Shown piece by piece: positions 59,785 through 64,000 of a stretch of DNA of 64,000 bases (position 1 is the first letter of the stretch; every line of letters starts with the position of its first letter). The position numbers and the translations under genes were made by a program. This stretch comes from Squalus acanthias (Eukaryota). The notes under the pieces are model-generated. The model was not told where the DNA came from. It saw only the letters and a list, made by a program, of their open reading frames with translations, and made no database searches. The stretch spans positions 174,966,001 through 175,030,000 of the forward strand of contig CM059425.1 in NCBI GenBank assembly GCA_030390025.1, written 5' to 3'.

Positions 59785-60690
59785 ACATAGAAGAGCAGGC
59801 CATTCGGCCCCTCGAGCCTGCTCCGCCATTCGATGAGATCATGGCTGATCATCCAAACTCAGTACCCTGTACCTGCCTTCTCCCCATATCCCTTGATACC
59901 TTTAAGAAATATATCTAACTCCTTCTTGAATATATTTAATGACTTGGCCTCAACTACCTTCTGTGGTAGAGAATTCCACAGGTTCACCACTGTGGGTGAA
60001 GAAATTCTTCCTCATTTCTGTCCTAAATGGCTTACCCCTTATCCTTAGATTATGACCCCTGGTTCTGGACTCTCCGACCATCGGGAACATTCTTCCTGCA
60101 TCTAGTTTGTCCAGACCAGTCAGAATTTTATATGTTTCGATGAGATCCCCTCTCATTCTTCTATACTTCAGCGAGTATAAGCCCAATCGACCCAATCTCT
60201 CCTCATATGTCATTCCTGCCATCCCAGGTATCAGCCTTGTGAATCTTCGCTGAACTCCTTCCATGGCAAGAACATCCTTCCTCAGATAAGGTGACCAAAA
60301 CTGCACACAGTACTCAAGGTGTGGTCTCACCAAGGCCCTGTACAACTGCAGCAGGACATCCCTGTTCCTATACTCAAACCCTTTCCCTATGAAGGCCAAC
60401 ATACCATTTGCCTCTTCACTGCCTGCTGCACCTGCATGCTTACCTTCAGCAACTGGTGCACAAGGACACCCAGGTCTCGTTGCACTTCCCTTCTCCCAAT
60501 CTATTGCCATTCAGATAATAGTCTGCCTTTCTGTTTTTGACACCAAAGTGGATAACCTTGCATTTATCCACGTTATATTGTATCTGCCACGCTTCTACCC
60601 ACTCACCCAACCTGTCCAAATCATCCTGGAGTTTCTCAGTATCCTCCTCGCAGCACACACTCCCACCCAGCTTTGTGTCATCTGCTAAAA
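59785..60690 (-). mobile_element. CR1 LINE, 5'-truncated
   Basis: ADDTKLG, WQIQYNVDKC, LYRALVRPHLEYCVQFWSP, RGDLIETYKIL and 3' tail; an older CR1 remnant lies at 58830-59350. Confidence 0.9.
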
Positions 60691-61199
60691 TCCTTATTCA
60701 TGCCTTTGTCGCTGACAGCTGTGGCTTCTGCAATGTGCCCCGTGATCTCCTAATCGCCACTCTTCGTAAACGCGACTGTCCACATCCTGTTCTACACCAA
60801 ACCTAGCCTATCCCACCAACAGATCAAATTTAAAGTCTTCATTCAAATCACTAAGGATTCACTTCATCTGACCTCCAGTCTTCTCTAACCATGTCTCTGT
60901 CCTATGCCCTCATCTTTTGACTCTGGCCTCCTATGCATCTCTCTGCCCCTTCCCCACCTACCTCCACTAAAGATTGCTTACTTCCTCTTCCATATCACCT
61001 GCCTCTGCTACAACCCTCATTTGTACCTTTGTCACCTCCAGACAAGAATACTTTGTTTCTCCTTGTTCCTATTCTCCACCGTTCATCAATTTCAGCTAAT
61101 TGAAAACATTGTTTATATCCTATCTTGCTCCAAGTTCTGCTCAAACATTACCCCCTTCTGTTTCTCATCTACATGCTGCCTCTCTGCGACCTCATCCTA

Positions 61200-61900
61200 A
61201 AACATCAGGTTCCACATGTTTGCTGACGACACCCAGCTCTACCTCACCAGCTCTCTCAGCTCCTCTATTGTCTCACTGCCCGTCAGATGAGAAGAAATGT
61301 CCTCCGACTAAATATTGAGACGACTGAAGCCATTGTCTTTGGTCCCCGTCCCAAACTCTGTTGCCTGACCCCAGTTTCCATCCATTTCCCTGGCTGAGAC
61401 AGACAGTTTGCAACTTTGGTGTTTTGTTTGACCCAGAGATGTGCTCCCAACCACATAATCTGCTCCATCACCAAGACTGATAACTGCCACCTCTGTAGCA
61501 TCACATGACACTGCCCCATCTCAGCTCATCAGCTGCTGAAACCCTCATCCATGCCTTTGTTACCTCTGGACTTGACTATTCCAACACACTCCTGGCCTGC
61601 CTCCCATCGTCCACCCTACGTAAACTTGTGCTCATCCAAAGGTTTGCTGCCCATATCTTAACTTGCACCAAGTCCTGTTCACCCATCACCAATGTTCCCG
61701 TTAATTTTTTTTGACTGCGCGGCCTATTCAAAATACCACACCGCAGTTTTTCACATTGTAGAGCCGGCTGCACGGAGTTCCAGAGAGCTGCGTGGCCATG
61801 TAGCTTAAAGGGAACATTGACCATCACCCCGTGCTTGCCCTACATTGGCTCCTTGGCACATTTTTCTATATTAAAGGCACTATATAAATGCATGTTGCTA
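61200..61900 (+). mobile_element. L2-like ORF2/3' fragment
   Basis: FHMFADDTQLY, SSSAAETLIHAFVTSGLDYSN and tail AAAGGCACTATATAAATGCA. Confidence 0.75.
61690..61819. mobile_element. hAT-type MITE, same TIR family as 27996-28153
   Basis: TIR CAATGTTCCC / GGGAACATTG; 8-bp TSD CCCATCAC / ACCATCAC (7 of 8). Confidence 0.8.
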
Positions 61901-62577
61901 TTGTAGCTGAGACTCTAGCCAAGTCTACCTTTGAAGGAAAATGTTATTTTTGCTGAAAACAGAAGAAACTGAAATTGATTGGAAAACTTAAACAGTAAGC
62001 CATGATGTGGTTCTGTGCTTTGTAAGTAATACAATTCCAATGTATTACATCTCAATTTTCAATCATCTGCTATCCTATGAACATATGATAAAAGACCTCC
62101 TGATCTCTTCAGCCTGACCCATTGTAATTGTGATATCATTTGCATCCTAGTGGGCAATGGTGGCCTGGCCTTGATTAAACCACCTATAATCGCTGAATAA
62201 AGCAATTGTTTTAACCACACCTAACTAACTCCTGTAGCTGATAGATACAGCCTCACTTATGACCTGTTTTTAAAAAGGTTACTGAACACAGCACAGAGTA
62301 AGGGTGTGGAAGGCTAAGTGCCTGGTTTCATAGGAAAATGAAGTGTTTTTGTTATGACATATGAGCAGCCTCTCCCTGTGCATGTCTGATCTCAGTATCA
62401 AGCAACTCATGTTAACATATATAATAAATATTTTAAAAATAAATTTGTATGTGAGCAATGCTACAGAAGCTGCATTTTCTCAATGGTATTCTAGTCTACG
62501 AATGTACTAAATATACACATCCAAGATAATTGGAATCAACCGTTCAAAAAAAAGTGACTGAGACTTAACTTTAGAAG

Positions 62578-62583
62578 TTTATT
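62578..62583 (-). terminator. Candidate REEP5 polyadenylation signal
   Basis: AATAAA on minus about 300 nt after the stop, with a downstream T run. Confidence 0.45.
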
Positions 62584-62885
62584 GGACATCTACTAGACAA
62601 TAAAAGGACAAGACATACCAGAAAAATGCCACTCTCAGAAATGAACCTGCATCATTGGCAATAGTCCATGAAATGTTTGCAACAAGCAATTAAACACTGA
62701 TTGTAATATTACATTACATTTGAGTACCATATATTTTTTCCACTTTTCTTGATTTTGGTAAAATTGAGCATATAGATTATAAGAAACACATTTAAAGTGT
62801 GCATTAAAAAACTTTCCAAAGGCAACATCTTAACACTCTGGATCACAGGGAGCCAAGGATAAAAGCAAGCTTTCTCAGGCATTGT

Positions 62886-62935
62886 TTAAGTGCTCTTCTT
62901 CTCTTCAAAGATTACGTTTGCTGTTGCCTTCTTGG
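62886..62935 (-). CDS. REEP5: REEP5 (DP1/TB2) terminal coding exon
   Basis: Minus strand tttgtgtcttcccag acceptor, then (A)KKATANVIFEEKKST TAA, matching the REEP5 C-terminus (KKATVNLLGEEKKST as recalled); convergent with SRP19 as in human. Confidence 0.9.
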
Positions 62936-64000
62936 CTGGGAAGACACAAATATACATAAACATGGACTGTATTTTCAAATATTCCTTTTTATTCCACCTA
63001 AACACTTTAAAATCCTGATCGTGCCACAGATCAATTGTCTAGGTACTACCATGCTACAACACCGGTTTGCTAATTTAAATCTTTGCACATTCTTTTGTTA
63101 AAAATGTTCTTCCCTCGCACCTCCCAAGGCATTGATTCTATGTGGGGGCACCAGGAACCCCCAATATCTTCCAAGTGGGAGCCTAAAGAGTGACAGGCTA
63201 TTCCAGCATTATGGCATGACACGAGTCCAATCCTGTCTTGACCCAACATGCACCTTCCAGCATGAATCACTGAATAATAATCAGAAGCTGATTAACGCAA
63301 CACCGACTAAGGGTCAAATCAGTCACTTCGTAGCTCAGCTGCTCAGTGCCTTAATCAGCTATCTTTTGAAATTAATTTTTCAGGCAGAGAGATATAACAG
63401 TGAGTTGAAACTCCAGTATAAAGGCCCTGGAATGATGTCATGTAACCATGTGCCCACTATTCAATATGCCAAGCTCAGCCTCCTTTGGGAGGCATCAAGC
63501 ACAGTTAAGGAAATTACCCAGAAAGAGAGTTAACTCCAGATGACTCCTCTGCAACTCCTAGTGTCAAACCACTAGCGTCAATCCAGAGTGCAACAAAAGA
63601 AGAAGCCCTATGTGGCATGTCTGGACGCAAAAGACTGGAAAAGAGAAAGAACTTGGATTTATACGTGACCAGATAATTTGTTTTAGTGATATTGGCCAGG
63701 ACACCAGGAGAATGCCCCTGCTTGTCTTCAAATAATGCCACATGTACTTTTACATCCACCCGAGACGGTAGACAAGGCCTCAGTTTAATGTCTCATCCAA
63801 AAGACAGCATCTCCGCCAGTGCTGCACTCCATCAGTGCTGTATTGAGCTGTCAGCCTACATTATGTGTACAAGTTTCTGGAGTGGGGCTTGAAAGGGAAA
63901 GGAGTGTAAATAGCCTCAAATGTGTTTCTTGTTGAATCTTTCTCTTTGGGTCCCCTTGGGCCTTAAATCTATTCCCTAGCTAAGAGCTGAATTACATTGA

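Overview
Vertebrate (very probably shark/cartilaginous fish) genomic DNA, not a prokaryotic window. It holds the 3' half of the tumour suppressor APC on + (five small armadillo-region exons plus the 6.65-kb terminal coding exon and 3'UTR), the complete five-exon SRP19 gene on + (142 aa) and the last coding exon of REEP5 on -, i.e. the APC-SRP19-REEP5 order of human 5q22. Introns and the APC-SRP19 intergenic region are packed with transposable elements: two full-length and several truncated CR1 LINEs, Penelope-like elements with hammerhead ribozyme motifs and long target-site duplications, decayed Harbinger elements, hAT and Tc1/mariner-type MITEs, V-SINE and Deu-SINE-like SINEs, and L2/L1 fragments, often nested. 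The best candidate for something new is a 3.2-kb ORF2-only LINE in an APC intron that begins with a tRNA-derived A/B-box head and has almost no Pol III terminator (T4) runs on its sense strand, i.e. a possible Pol III-transcribed LINE. Also notable: a sense-strand hammerhead in an APC intron, CR1 copies with swapped 5'UTRs (one a 46-bp monomer array), a possible relic of mammalian APC exon 10A, and hairpins in the APC 3'UTR. All comparisons with human genes and repeat families are from memory, not from database searches.
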